64,000 nucleotides of DNA from Pocillopora damicornis (taxonomy: Eukaryota). Location: the NCBI RefSeq assembly GCF_003704095.1, contig NW_020845280.1, positions 62,001 to 126,000 on the forward strand, read 5' to 3'. Shown in pieces: positions 1-13,901 of this stretch. Under the pieces are notes generated by a model. It made no database searches, had not been told where the DNA came from, and saw nothing but the letters and a program-made list of their open reading frames with translations. A program made the translations under genes and the position numbers. How positions within the stretch are numbered: position 1 is the stretch's first letter; each line of letters begins with the position of its first letter.

Positions 1-1453
1 AACACCTAATATTGTTTTTAACCAATACACGTCAACCGTCAAAGGCCCTGAAATTTAGCCATTAACCGTCAGAATTTGACTGATAATTTTTACGACATTG
101 CTATATAACCTAAAAAAATTTTCTTTATCAGTTGATGATAAACTGTAGAGGCACTCCGAGATGCAAACACAAAGTTTTGAAGTAGACTATTTCAATTTGG
201 TTTTCGGTGCAAGGGCTCAGACATTAATAATGATTAGGCTCCAAGATTTTTAATTGAATCATGATGAAAAAGTTCGATATGAGTTGGTGATAAAATCTTT
301 TAGCCGTAGCCTAGGGTAGTATTACGTTTATAAGTGGTAATCCTTGTGTGAAGCCAAGCTAAATCCAGGCAAACATTTTAATGCAAATTCAAGGTCCCTG
401 GGCAGATACGAAACATGCTAGGCTAGAGACTTAAACCTTGTAAAATGTCTGCATTTTGCGAGTAAGTAATCTCTTTGAAAAGATATAGGAGTAGTTGGGT
501 GATCGATATCAATATTACAAGTATTCTCTAATCTTAGAACTTGAAGATAATTTGACAGGCTAAACCGTTGCTATGGTAATTTGATGGGTCAGATGGATTG
601 TCATAACATGCACAATAATAACAAAGTATTTATTTGACACTGGTGAAACAGAACTGCTCAAAATTGAAACTGAGCTACTTCAATCAAAAATAGATCCAAG
701 AAATCATTGAAGAAATTGATTCATGTTTAACTAGTTTGCAGTTTTACCTCATAATTGATTTAGTTGGTTTCGGGAAAAATTTGCTAAATCCAGGTTAAAT
801 TGTTCAACGTAGACGTATAGGCTTCGATAGCTTCTTTATAATAAAGGAGGTTATCTAACCTTGTTGGGAGTTGTCGTGAATTTCTTTCCTTTCTTGACTT
901 TCTTGATTTCGAGATGTTCTCATTTTCTTCTTATACTGCATGTAGGAAAATATAGACAAATATATTGTGAATACGTTTATACGTAAATGCTTTTCAATCT
1001 AAATAATAAGGTCAACGTCAGGATCGAAGATCTCATTTAGAGCCACCACATTTTCTGCTAACGAATTTAATGTCCTTTAGTCTTATTAAACAAAGGTTCT
1101 AGAAGATTTCCTTGAAATAACTATGTAAGCATTCGGAAACAAAATGTGTCATCAATTTTCATTAATTATCTATCAATTTTATATCCCCATTCATAAGTAT
1201 TACAAAGATGCTACTGTTTCGATAGGATAAGGAATAAAATATAATGATACGAAATAGGATTTTTTTGTGTTGGCAAAAGCAAGAATAGAGAAATAACACG
1301 ATGAACGTTTTAGATCAACACGGTACAATCATAAAAGCTAATGGAAAAACATTTCTGGAATGAAAAGATAAATAAGTAAAAAGCTGTAAGTACAAAAACA
1401 TACTAGAAGGAATTTCTCGCGTTGCCACTTAAGTCACGTTCAAGAAGAACTAT

Positions 1454-2563
1454 CATGGCGTCTGCCGCTGAGGAATTGTCTTACACTGTACTGTATGCAA
1501 TACGCTCCTCTTACATTTGACTGTGTTCGTTAATTTTGTAATAGCCACAACAAGAAAGACGAACACTGTATTCCTGTCCAAATGTTTCTTTCCATAAATG
1601 ATTTACCTGAAGAAAACTTGTGACAAAGTGGAAAGTACGAATTCTCGACATGGTGTCTGAACCAATTGATCCAGCATAAGAAACACTCGCCGACCTGGAC
1701 GGAACAGACAATATCCAAGGTAATAGGGTGAAAATAACGTGTTTCTTGACTCCAGAGAAGCTAAAAAAGACACTCAAATCTCTTGTAGATCGTATACTCT
1801 TTCCACGTGCAAGACTGAGCGCAAATATAAATATTAATTTTGAAAATTATTTGTAATTCAAATGAGTTTTCGGACTTCAAAAGGCGGGTTCGTGTTCTAC
1901 GATCTGATAGGTTCAGTTATAAAACGAAGTAGGATGCCTTACTTAACCCTTTACATCGTAATATCAGTATCTATATTCTCGAAACTCTTCTCCATACATT
2001 TCCTATGGCACTGACATGGAGAATTCGCTTAACAATCAAAGCTTTTAACATTGGCGATCATGATTCCTTTATTTTCGTGATCTTCATGAATGATTGGGCA
2101 GTATTACTGTAAAGAGAAATCGTAAGCTGGTCACTCTTAGGGTTTAAAGGTTAAGAAATGCAGATTTTCAACCTAATAAAGTTCAATAGAGAGCTGCAAA
2201 TAGTGTTGAAATTCAGAAACATCAACTTGAACTTAGAATATTTTGCTTGAATAGCATTTTTACGTCATTAAAGAAGTACAACCTAGTTCATGAAATTGGT
2301 TTAGTCGTAAATTTTTTTTCACTGGTTGTTCAACTTTCAGTTGAGCTAAACAATCACTGACGGAATTGTATTCAGAAGGACTCTGGCCAATATTGAATTG
2401 CAATGATCGTTATCTACTTTTTGAAAGATTTTGAGTTACGAAGAGGAAGGCTAAATACAGCTGTACTCTGGACTCTGCTACTGTACTCACAGTTCTCTTC
2501 AAAAGGTCCTAAATCTCAGTGGAAGACTTCCTTAACACCATGAGTTAAACAAGAGCGAGGTTA
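1454..2563 (+). pseudogene. Possible decayed spliced gene fragment, weakly death-domain-like
   Basis: AG/GT-flanked segments at ~1545-1719 (KWKVRILDMVSEPIDPA*ETLADLDGTDNIQ) and from ~2376 (EGLWPILNCNDRYLLFERF*VTKRKAKYSCTLDSATVLTVLFKR..SVEDFLNTM) with stops and frameshifts. The resemblance to a death fold is only an impression. Confidence 0.25.
1943..2154. mobile_element. piggyBac-like MITE (TTAA-CCCTT...AAGG-TTAA)
   Basis: TTAA on both sides and inverted CCCTTTA/TAAAGG ends. The same internal sequence recurs at ~10008-10220, ~12441-13035, ~37238-37430, ~40929-41047 and ~53994-54182. Confidence 0.7.
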
Positions 2564-3528
2564 ATAATAGTAGTGAAAAGTTCTAAAAACTTTAAAGATT
2601 TTCTGAGAATAATGGTTATCAGCCATTCATTGCGGCGGCATAATTTGTATAAAAACAGCACCAAAGTGGGCATCTTTTCGCCAAAGCATCGCAAGCAACG
2701 ATAAAGCTCAACTCGTTAGTGTTCTTATTTCCGATTGTGAACTTTGCTACCTACCCACGTCAACAGCAATTTAGATTTCTCACGTAGGGTGATTTTAATA
2801 CAAGTGCTACCGTGAAAGTAACTTTCAAATGATGTTTTACATTCTAGTCTAGGATAGGGACGTCTCCTGCATCCTATCTGTATTGGTTATAAGAGCAAGG
2901 GGACATAAAAGAACCCACACACCTCTCGCAAAGAGTAGGGAACGTAGCTCCCGATGTTGTGGTCTTGCCTTGTCATTGTTTGTACAGAACCCCCCTACCC
3001 CCACCCCCATTTAAACCAGCTTTAAAGATGAACTGGGCCAGCATGTCTAAATATCGCAAATAAATAAGGAAACGAAAATGTTGCAGTCCTCATTTGGTGA
3101 ACATTGCTACACAGTTTATTACATTCTTTTTACTTTCTCTTATTGCTAACATTAGACAGATGACTAAATCACTCACGCTTTTGCACATCCAGTATAGTTA
3201 GTATAAATTAAAGACACATCATGTTTACGTCTTACAATAAAGATACACGTCAGGTAAACCTGTTTTGGAATACACATACTTCAGTATGAAATTCAAGAAA
3301 GATTAAAAGAAAGATAAAAATTGTTCAAGAACTTTATTTTCTACGATGAAAAAGAGCAGTTATGTCTTTGTCGTGCTAAGGCAGCTGGATACACTCTCTC
3401 AGAGCTACGATCGGCTTCATTCTGAGATCTCAAAAACATACTTCCCCTCTTTGCAGTCAAACGATTTTCCCAAAACGCGTCTGCCATAGCTAGCGGTATC
3501 TTCAACATTGTTTGAAATTTGCAGTCAT

Positions 3529-6500
3529 TTAATTACTTTGATCCAGTTTTTGCATCAGGGCTGTCTTGTGCACCTGAGATGACAATCTGTTGATTGACAT
3601 CTTCATCCACTCAATAACGTCACTGCTGGACACTGAAAGCCTGGTTACCAAGTTCAGGCAAAGAACGAACAACTGATCCAGGCAGACAACTGGTGCAAAG
3701 GTCATCACGTGACAAAGATGTCCAAATACGGATGCTGTTACCATCGCATTGGTCTGAAACGAAACAGAGACCACACTTCACCATACTTTGCTATATCAGT
3801 TTAAGACACCAGCAAGTATCTAGTAAGCCATTGTGGTTTATTAGCTGAAAAAAAAAACTTACAAGAATGACTTCTCGGTGGCAAATGCCGAAGTTTAAAC
3901 ATATCTCAATAGACCGGAATGTAAACTTCATGGCAATGACAGAACAATTTTTGACCAACTTTTAAACCTTATACATTTCTTCAACAAGTCTACTTTGTGG
4001 TTACAGGTGGGAATCGAAAAAGAAAAAAAAAAAAAAGAAAGAATGTTTTACTTACGTTTTCATTCACAGCTTCTTTTATTGCGGTGATATAATGCTTAAT
4101 GACGTAAAGCCACACATGAGGGGTGGCCCACGAATTACACAAGGGGCTACCAAGAGTTTCCATCATATTTAAGAGCAACGCAGAAAGTTCACACACATCT
4201 GAAACTAAATAAAAAAATTCCTTATAATTAATAATCATTAAAATAATTGTCTTATCTCAAGGCCTCTTTCTGATTAAATTCTAAACCCAAATAGAGAGAA
4301 GTTTCTGTTGAGAAATCATTTTGATTGAGGAACGGTACAATGTTAGAACTGATTGAAATTAAATAGAATCCGTTGCGTTGAACATTGATTATTATTACTA
4401 GGGGCGTAGGGGCGTAGGGGCGTAGGGGCGTAGGGGTGTAGGGGCGTAGGGGTGTAGGGGCGTAGGGGCGTAGGGGCGTAGCCAGCCTAAAGCCTACTTA
4501 ATCTTTTTTCCTGCCCGCTTGACTTTCATATAATATGACTCTTGCAAATGTTGAAACAAAAATTGAACTTTCTTGGGGAATAGGCCTACAAGTCGAGAAG
4601 CTGGCTACGCCCTTGATTACGATTCCCTTTAGTTGCGTTGGCGTCTGAGATTAGGAGTATTCATGTAAGACTATTTATAAAAACAATGAAAAAGTATCCT
4701 TGTCTCTACTTCCAAGCACTTACCTTGACCGTCATCTTCTGTTTTGAGGCACAAAACACCACTAAAGGAACAAACCTGGCAGAGAAATACAGAGAAATGA
4801 CATACAAACGCTTTGAAGCAACTCCAGTTTTGGAGAGTAACAGTCGATAAAACTGGAAATTAGAGAAAAGCAGTTTTCTAGCCCTGTGATCAAAATCAGT
4901 TCTGGGTTTAACCATTCAACATTCACTTAGACATTGGGACTATTTGACAGCATTCACTGAACACGGAGTGAATGATAGGTCATGTATGAATAACCAAGTG
5001 ATTATAAAAGCATCTGTGTTTTCTTCCCTGATTGAGTAACATCCAGAATTACACAGCAGCGACTTTAAAACTGCTGTTTAAATATTTCAGTCACTGAGAA
5101 CTCAACCGAAGATCTCAAGGGTGATGAAGTGGCGCGATTGGTGTTAGTTTTGAGTTTAATATTGGAGCGATGGAGGTGTTTCCTTGGACAATCACAGAAA
5201 AACGTAAAGCAAAACCATTGGAGTCCTAGATCACTATCGACACTCGTTTCGTTTCATGTTTCAGTTGCTAAGTTTCGCTTGCCCTTTTAAAGTTTTGGGG
5301 TCACTTTGCTTCTAACACAACTCTTCCTACTCCTGTGTTGTGTGCCATTAAACCAAACAACGTCACGTGAAAAGATTTACCGGAATAACATGTCTCTTGA
5401 TAAGGAACTGACACACTGCAAGAATTCTCTTCCATTCTTTCCACGTGCAATGGGGAAGAATCTGCAAAGCATAACAAACTGGGCTTGTCAACAAGGTCTA
5501 ACTCTCATTTTTACTTGAAATTATTTAAAAATTAGATTACGAGCTCGATGTTTCCATCGCAGGTTAACTGTCGCACATATAAATCTAGGGAATTATTTAA
5601 TGGTTTTCGTATCTTAATCCACAAGTCGTCTCAAACTTAGCAAAAACAAAAAACCGACTAAGGTTCTAATTCAATTTTGTTTACAACTTCACAATGTTAA
5701 GTAACTCATTTTATTGACTGTCTATCACGGAATAGATAGCGAGTGGCGCTGCCAATCAGATTGCAACATTTGTGATGCCGGAAACGCCCGTAGATTTACA
5801 CAACTGAATCACAAACAGTTATTCAAGGGTAGTGAGCGGTAACCGAAGATAATAACTTTTGCGTGGTTTCGATTTCTCGTGTACAAAAATTTACAGAAGG
5901 GCAACCGTTTCATGGGGATTAAAAAAAAGGAAGACTAAAATTCCTAATAACTGTAAGGTAATTTTAAGTCTGAACATAAAAACGACAGGCATGACTACGC
6001 CAGTTTAACCCAGTTCTAAAGTATACTGCAGCAGTGGGCTTCTGGTTAAATTCAAATTACCATCCAGAATTTCTCCAGATATTGTATCAATCATTTATGC
6101 ATCCTTAAAAGTATAACGGTGCCCATTCATGTCCCTGGTTGAAGAGAGGCACTTTACATATAACGTGTCTTGCCCAAGAACACAACACAATGTACCAAAC
6201 AGGACATAACTTGGGTTTATAGATCAGGGTCCAGTTATATAGCGGGCGGATAACACTATCCAACGGATAAATCGCTATCCAGCGGATAAGTGTTAACAAA
6301 ACGTACTGGGCTATCTACCGGATGGAGATTTGTCCAGTGGATAGCGTTATCCACCCCTCGAAAAACCGTGTCCAGCCAACCACCTCAATAGCTGCCCAGC
6401 CACCCCGCCACCCAAACTCTGACGACACTGGCACAGCTGGAAAGAAAATGTTTCCATACCTGCGCTAGGCTGATCACTACTCGTATTCTAATGTCCTCCG

Positions 6501-9500
6501 GTTCACTAGGCAGCTTATTTGACACAAATCTCTCCAGAATACATTCTAAAGCAGTGTCTGACACACGGCAGTATTCAAACAGAACTGTAAACACACCCTC
6601 AGAGCCTGAAAAACAATAAGTTTTTATAATAAAGTAAGGAACATCGCCGTCAAAACGCCTTGAAAATAATTGACTTTGCATCAAATTAGGTAGCTTATGT
6701 TGTCACTTTCTGCCTAAACAAAACTACAACCAAAAAGAAAATCCTAGCATAAAGAAGTTGAGATCGAAAATGAGATGACAACACTTCAAAATTGTGTCGA
6801 ATTTGACCAGTTCTACAACACTTTTAGTAACCTTAGAAATTCAAGGGCTTTTTCTCTTTTACAATGAGCGGCTTTTATTTTCCTTTTTCTTTTCTTTTGA
6901 ATCTTTTAATGTCTTTTTAAGTATTAGTTCTTCATTTCTATATTGGTTCTAGTATAATTTAATTAAGTTAAATTTAGTTCAATCAATAAGAAAATCGACA
7001 CGCCTCGAACAGTATCTGCTATCTGCAGGTCAAAGTAATATTTTTTTGTATGTCAAATTTAAGAAAATAAATATAGTGTGAAAGTGAAAGGTAATGTTTA
7101 TCAGTATCAAGTGAAACAGGTGGTGGACTCAAAATTATGGTTATTTATGGCTTTTTACTGCCCACAATTATGGTCAAACCAAGACATAAATGACTAGTAC
7201 CATGGAGAACCCTTTGCTAATGTCTATGTTTTTTAGTGAGGAGGGGAAGACAATTTTACAACCATTATGCCAATGTTCTGTTGAATAAACTTTAATCGTT
7301 GCAGAGGGTAGTAGCATGCATCAACACAAAAATTCCATTGCAATGAAATGGCAAAAAGCTAGTGTCATTTCCTATCAAAGACATGTGCAGAATACCGAAA
7401 CTTTTTTTAGGCTATTTGGATATTCCATGTGGGCTTTGACATGTCAGAAATTCAGCAGGTAATCTTTTAACCATTGTGAAAGATCATTGTCTCAGTCTTG
7501 CAGAAATATGATATCATTGGTGAATCTAAAAGAAATATAACTAGTTACCATATGCCAAGTCTTCATCGACTGTCCACTTGTCTCCAGGCTCCAAACATAC
7601 CATCAATAAACATGGAGGAATAGCCAGTTTGTACATTGTAGATGCTGCAGTGAAGAGTTTGTCCAAATGAAGAGAAATAGTCCAGTCTGTTAACCGAAAA
7701 ATGCTCAGTATCAACAATTTTCAATCTCAAACCATGATTTTACATTAAAGCTATAATTCTGAAGACACAATGCAATGATTGATTCTACACTGTTAAGTAG
7801 ATTTGATTAAGTGTATTCTACAGTAACAAAATTTAAAGATTTCTAATTACCAAATCCATCCCTTATTCTTTTTAACAGCCACTCTACAGCTCTTGCAAAT
7901 GAAGGATTGATTTTTATAACCTCTAGACAGATTTTGATTTCAATGTCCAAAGCCTTGAGCACCAGTTCCCTTAACTCTTCCATCTCTAGCAGAGAGTGTT
8001 CTGGGGCCATGCCTTTCCAAAATACGTTACAATCATTGAGCAATTCACAGAGGCAAATGATGATGATAGGCAAATGCCTTTTGAGGAGGAGTAGATGGGG
8101 TACGACAGAAACAGTTTCCATTGCTGTATCAAGAAGTTTGAGGGCAAGAACAGTGGGAATATTGTCTTCCATGTTGCTGTTGTTTAAAAATGGTAACACA
8201 ACTGCTTGTATGAACTCCTGGACATCAAGTAGCTGTGAAGAACTTGCCTGCAAGAAATTATGGTAGGGGAAAAAAGAGAATAATTGTTGTTGCCCATGAA
8301 GTGCTATGGCAAAGTGGTATATTATAAGACATTCATGATTAGGCTGTCTATGTTCCACAGGGCAATGATTAAACCTGTTGGTGAAAGGAAAATGCAATGC
8401 TAAGTAGGTGGTCCACAGACCCTGCCCCACCTAACATTGCTGTTGTTTAAAAGAGCTGCTTGTATGCAGTTAGAAAAAAAATACCACCCAAATAGTAACT
8501 TGGTGAACTCCAACACTCCAGGAAAACCCTCAATAAAATGCAAATCTTAAAAACCTGCTTTTTCCCTACACACAAGCATACATTCAAGTAACAAGGCTGA
8601 CTTAATTACAGATTTAAAATGGCATGCCAGCCAGCTCAATAACTGACTTCTTTTCACACAAATAATGTTATCTCACTGATATATTACTGTATGGTGGATA
8701 CTGGTGATAATGAAAACTCCTGCACACATGGCACAATGATTTCCAAATGAGTACTTCTATTTGTGCAAAAAAGTACTCACAGTCAACATAACAGCTACCA
8801 TTGTTAACAGGTTGCTCTCCTGTTGTCTTGATGACACATTCACTGTGGTTGCAATAACTGCCTGGCACAGTAATGTTCTCGAGGAAGAAGATTTGTTGTA
8901 TCTCAATACACACAAATTAGGAAACTTTTGTAATACCTGCAATAAAACCATATTTTTATTGATACTAAAAGACTAATAATGAAAACAACTATGGTAAAAC
9001 ACACAATAACATTTATTCAATATCAGATGTTAAATTTTATCTATTATGAGCAGCAGACAATAAAAGAATGATATGGAGGTTTGATTGTTTCTCATGAAAC
9101 TATTGAAACCATTTATCCACAAAATCTTAACACAGTGGCATTTAGAAATGAGTTCTTCCTGAGCAGATAACTTCCAACTGGTGAACATGTTTCTCACAAC
9201 AAACTCTGTCATGGCTTAAAAAAAAAACAAAAAACAATCTGGTTGCCCAGGACATGGTGATTTCCCTGCTTGGCGAACAACTTATCTTAATTACTTGTCA
9301 ACAAGATAAAGTGTTGGCGAGACCAAATTTTAATCCCTCAACTACTAGAGATGGTGAAAAGGTAGGTTCTCCTCACAATTTCCATACATTAAACAACAAA
9401 TAGACCATAAGAATAAACAACCTCATCAGCCAGATGGTTGTTTTTGATGGTTGTGTCTATTTTTATCCCATCTCTGTATCATGAAACAATCTCCAACCAT

Positions 9501-12500
9501 CAACTTACAGAACAAATAGCTTTTGTGTGAGCCGGACTCTTTATTCCTTCTTGCAAAGCCTTGTTAAGAGTCAAGGGCACTGATTTCAGAGCAGCTCTTG
9601 TCAACTCTTTTGTTGAGGACTTCAACTGATCATCACTGCCAATATCAGTATCAATATCAATAAGTTTATTGAAGGTCAAGACGAGCTCAAGCTGAAAATT
9701 TGCTCTCTCCTCTGCCATGAACCATGGATGGAAAAATATTGAGTCATTTTCAGGAGAAGGTAAGCAGCTAGACATGAAGAAAGCATACTCTATGATCTGT
9801 TCTTGAGCAGGGTAAGCCAGATTGGAATGCAGAGCCAACAAGATCTGAAAAAGAATTTGAAACAACATTCAAAGACAGAAAACTTACTGAGACTCCCATA
9901 AAACTAGCCTCTACTTTATATGTGACCAAATTGTTATAATTGTAACCACTTTTTATGATGTAACAAAAAAATTAAGGAAAAATTTCTTTCACATTTTACC
10001 ATCTCTATAACCCTTTCCATCCCTACATCAGTATGCATATTCTCCATAATGTTCTCTCTACATTTCCTAAGGTGCTGNNNNNNNNNNTTTGTTTAACAGT
10101 CAAGAGCTTCATCAGTTGGTGATCATTTCCTTTATTCTCATTACCTTAATGTGTGATTCAGGGTTGACAATGTAAGGAGAAATTAGATGCTTGAGTCACT
10201 CTTAGGGGTTCCAGGATTAACCTGATCTCCTTTTTATTGTGACCAAGGTTTTATAAGGGGGGCAATCACAGTTAACAATTTCCCTCCCAAAAGTGACCAA
10301 AAACAATTCATCCCTACACTATCAATAATTATATTTTCAAGCTAAAAAGTGACCAGAAAAAAGGAAAAAATATCAACCAGGAGAAATGCATTTCCCAGTC
10401 CCACTTTACTTCACACATGTATGAATACATTTTAGACAACTTGATGAATAAAACAAAGTTGGCACAGGGTGTTGGAAAAATTAGAAGAAAATGATTTAGA
10501 AGTAAATTTAGTTCTGGATGAGAGATTTTATAATATCAGCCTTTAGAGTAGTTCTTAATTTTTTTGCTCCAATCCACAAGTGAACAAAAATTTCCAAGTA
10601 CACTAAAAGTCATCACAGATTCCAAGAAGCTGGGGGTATCAAAAGCAGACTAATGTCCCATCTACTGATGAAAATTCTGTTGTGGAAGGGTCATGGAGAA
10701 TATCTGGTGAAAAACATTTGGCAGGAGAATTTATACATAACTAAATTTAGGAGTCTGTGCAAAGGCACTTATTTCATATTCAACAACAATGTTGTTAACC
10801 ATCTGGCTTACCTCCTTCAATTCTTTGTAAACCACATCACTACTTGTGTTGTCCGCACAAAGGCTCTGCCTTTGCATGTAGATGATGTCTATTATTTTAA
10901 GCGCATGTTGAGTCTCACTTATTTCCACAGCATGGTTTCTCATGCATTCTAACCAATCAGAGTCTCCATGAAATTCCTCTTCACTCAACAGCCAATCAAA
11001 GCACTCCTTGTAACCTTCCAATCTGTTATTGACTCTTTGTAAATAGAAATGGAATTGGTCCTCTGTACTTTCTGCTTGAAACAGCAGCAAATCTACAGAT
11101 CCTGGAAGGAAATGTAACAAATAAGTATGTTTTAGAGTAAGACACACTTTGGGTGAGTTTGTTCCTTTTTTTTGCAAAGAGTTATGTCACTCTGTTTATG
11201 GAACCAACAAACTACCACAGCTTATTCTTACCATGCTCTAAATAAGAGTATCACATGCTTTCATTACTCCTGAATGAGATTCTAGTTTATCACAGTTTAA
11301 AAAGAAGAACCAGTGGGAAAGTAAGGCAGTTGTCCCAACATGACTGTGGGTCAAAATAAGGTAAAAATGTATGCTACTGGTATCAGATATTTGTCCAAAT
11401 CATAGACAAGAAATCTTTCATTCAGTTTTTTATTCCTAAATCCTCAAAACTCTTGAATGGAAAGTTTTTGTACTTACCAAGTGGAGAACTGAATTCCTCT
11501 TCACAGCAACTTCCCTTAAAGTCCATCAACTCCCCTTGCTTTAAGCTATTAATCCAGTTAAGCTCTGCCTCTGTTGCATACTTTTTCACATACTGCGCCA
11601 AACCAGTTTGCAGATTCTTTGCCTGCTTGTGCAATATATCATCTTGAGAGTGTGACCCAATGCACCAAGCCAAAGCATAAAGCTTAATTAACCACCTGTG
11701 TAAAGGCAGCCAGGAACTGGAGTCTAGTTCGCCAATACTATTGTCAATCAAATCACCTTGAATCCAGTGTGACACCTCACTCCAATCATTTATTATCACT
11801 TGACATAAAAAGCTAAAACAAGCAGTACATTCTGCTGAAACAACAACATCCACATGAAGCTTGTGATTGCCAAAAGATTCTGTCTTTTCATTGTGTTCTG
11901 ATTTGTTACCCAAATTTTTTTTGTGATCTTGAACTTTATCTTCCTCTATTGTAAAAGGTTGATGTTTGCAAGAAACATAATTTTGTAGCCAACAGATTCC
12001 GCACAAAATATTACCATCTGTATTTGAACTATCTAGTAAGAAGTCCAAATAAGTGACATCTGTAAAAACAAAGTCAATTACACTTTTCAATATATTAAGC
12101 TGTGCAGCTGGCCAGGCAACAAATTTCCTTCTAAGAAGCATCACACCCTCCAACAACAGTAAAGAGCATGACTTTTCTTTGCATGTTTTGTCCAGTTTAT
12201 TATCTTCATCAAGAGATGGGCGATGAAAGCTTCTGGACATGAGCAGAGAATTGAAAAGACAGAGGAAAAGAGAGAGATCCTCACAACTGGGTTCTTGAGT
12301 AAGGACTTTAATGATATCCACCAAAAGAGAAGTCATATTGTATCCATCTAGTACACAAAGACACTGCAATAATATAAGGAGAAACAGATTATCAAAATTT
12401 TAACACCACAACAATACCAAAAATACCAAAATAAAAATTTTTAACCTTTTAACCCTAACATTGTGATGAATATCCTCCATACTGTTCTAAATACATTCCA

Positions 12501-13669
12501 TAGGGTGCTGACAGAGAATTTTTTAAACAATCAAGAGCTCCTTTGGTTGGTGATTATAAGCAATTATTGGATGAGGTGGAGCATGACATCATGATTTATC
12601 AATGCTGACATCTGAGGTACATGTGTCTGCTGAAGCCGGATGCTGAGGCAGATAACACAAATATGAGGTTTGGTAATTCATGATATCATGCAAAAACCAA
12701 ATTTAATAATTGTTTCATTATACATTTTTTAGACAAACTGAAAAAGAAGACACTTCTCCCTGAGTCTGCAAACATTTGAGAACACTACACAGATTAGGGG
12801 CTTGGAAAGTGGGTAGACTTTAAACTTGACAATTTAATGACCAAATATCTCTTGCAGATATTGAGTAATCATATTTAGTTCACATGTTATTGAATATTGA
12901 CTGTATGCTCTCGGCAAATCAGAGTTTTCGTACTAAGTCTACTGTTAAATAATTTCCCTTGTTCTTGTTACCTTAATGCTTGATTCAGGGGTGATATTGT
13001 AAGGAGAAGTGAGATGCTTGTCACTCCCAGAGGTCACTCTTGGACAGCTAGTGGTACTCTTTGGAATCTCAAATTATGGAGAGCAGAAAGACTGTTCATC
13101 ATATTTTTCAATGCCCCCAAAATAAATTATGTGATTCCTGCGGCCTACTTCTAGATCTGTATTAACATTGATAGGTTTGAGGAGAGTAAGATTACACTCA
13201 ACCGTAATATAAAAAAATACTTCGCACGGAGACAACAACCAGCTTATTTTTCCGAAAATTGCAGGATGGTTGTCTTAAAGAATAACTTCAATCATACCTC
13301 GACTAAAAGCTCATTCCATCCCACTTCCTGTAGCAGCTCGAGATAGAACTCGACACCCATCCCTGGCAGAGGAGGAAAACTGTCGAAATAATCCTCTTCG
13401 CGAGAATCGTCGAACTTAAGACCGCCATATGCTTTGAGCAGCGAAGCAAATATCCAGGAGTGAATCTTAAACTCAAGTCTTCTGACTTCAACCTGGGGCA
13501 ACCTGCCTTTGTCGTCCACAAGCAATTCTCCAGTTACTTCTTTGATGGCCTTTAAAACGATCTGAACTGCTCTTGTGCCCTTGCCTTTCTCCAATTTGGT
13601 CAAACTTTGTAAACTTTCAGCAAGAAAAAATGCAGAGTGCACTATAACCGTCTCTGGGCAGTAATTCAT
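3529..13669 (-). CDS. GEMIN4: Gem-associated protein 4 (SMN complex), about 12 coding exons
   Basis: N-terminus MNYCPETVIVHSAFFLAESL...AIKEV...DSREEDYF resembles the Gemin4 start ([20 protein letters not shown]...RWQEDLFF). Internal exon LQILPHCTWKEWKRI and C-terminus ...LDQLFVLCL...KTALMQKLDQSN* resemble Gemin4 motifs. Approximate GT-AG exons: 13669-13298, 12363-11478, 11101-10735, 9844-9508, 8935-8676, 8247-7850, 7685-7549, 6604-6460, 5497-5380, 4776-4716, 4198-4037, 3753-3529. Confidence 0.8.
4399..4615. mobile_element. MITE with TIR AGGGGCGTAGCCAG...CTGGCTACGCCCTT whose left end has expanded into a (TAGGGGCG)~10 array
   Basis: 8-bp tandem array at 4399-4480 runs directly into GCCAG; the inverted match CTGGCTACGCCCTTG is at 4601-4615. 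Confidence 0.7.
6115..6200 (-). mobile_element. SINE core fragment
   Basis: Reverse complement reads cattgtgttgtgttcttgggcaagacac...gtgcctctcttcaaccagggacatgaatgggcac, a tRNA-SINE central domain type also seen at ~39870-40100 and ~60800-61230. Confidence 0.55.
6228..6372. mobile_element. PIF/Harbinger-type MITE
   Basis: Inverted ends GGTCCAGTT.../AACCGTGTCC flanked by CAG, internal GGATAA/CTATCC motifs; same family at 19830 and 52236. Confidence 0.65.
12554..12950. mobile_element. MITE-like insertion nested inside a piggyBac-like MITE
   Basis: The host MITE breaks at ...ggttggtgat (~12554) and resumes at ttcccttgttcttgttacc (~12953); the insert ends TATAAGCAAT...ACTGTTAAATA. Confidence 0.55.
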
Positions 13670-13901
13670 TACTTAGATTACATATCTAACCAATTTTCGA
13701 GCGTAAATAGAAATTTCAAACCCTCTGTCGAGAAAAATTAACTTAGTTGTACTCAGCGGGTACGCATCTGGAGCGAAATGTGCTGTGTGAGTGTCATTCA
13801 AAACTCTAGGATATTTTGCATGAGCATACATGATGTACAAAATGAAATGGAACCTGTTTCCCGCGCTAATTGCAAGCATTAGTCAGCTTGCATATCGAAT
13901 G

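Noticed and set aside
7907-8266. Plus-strand ORFs overlapping exons (also 10653-10952, 32319-32573, 42443-42700, 62838-63095)
   Set aside because: They are antisense shadows of real minus-strand exons.
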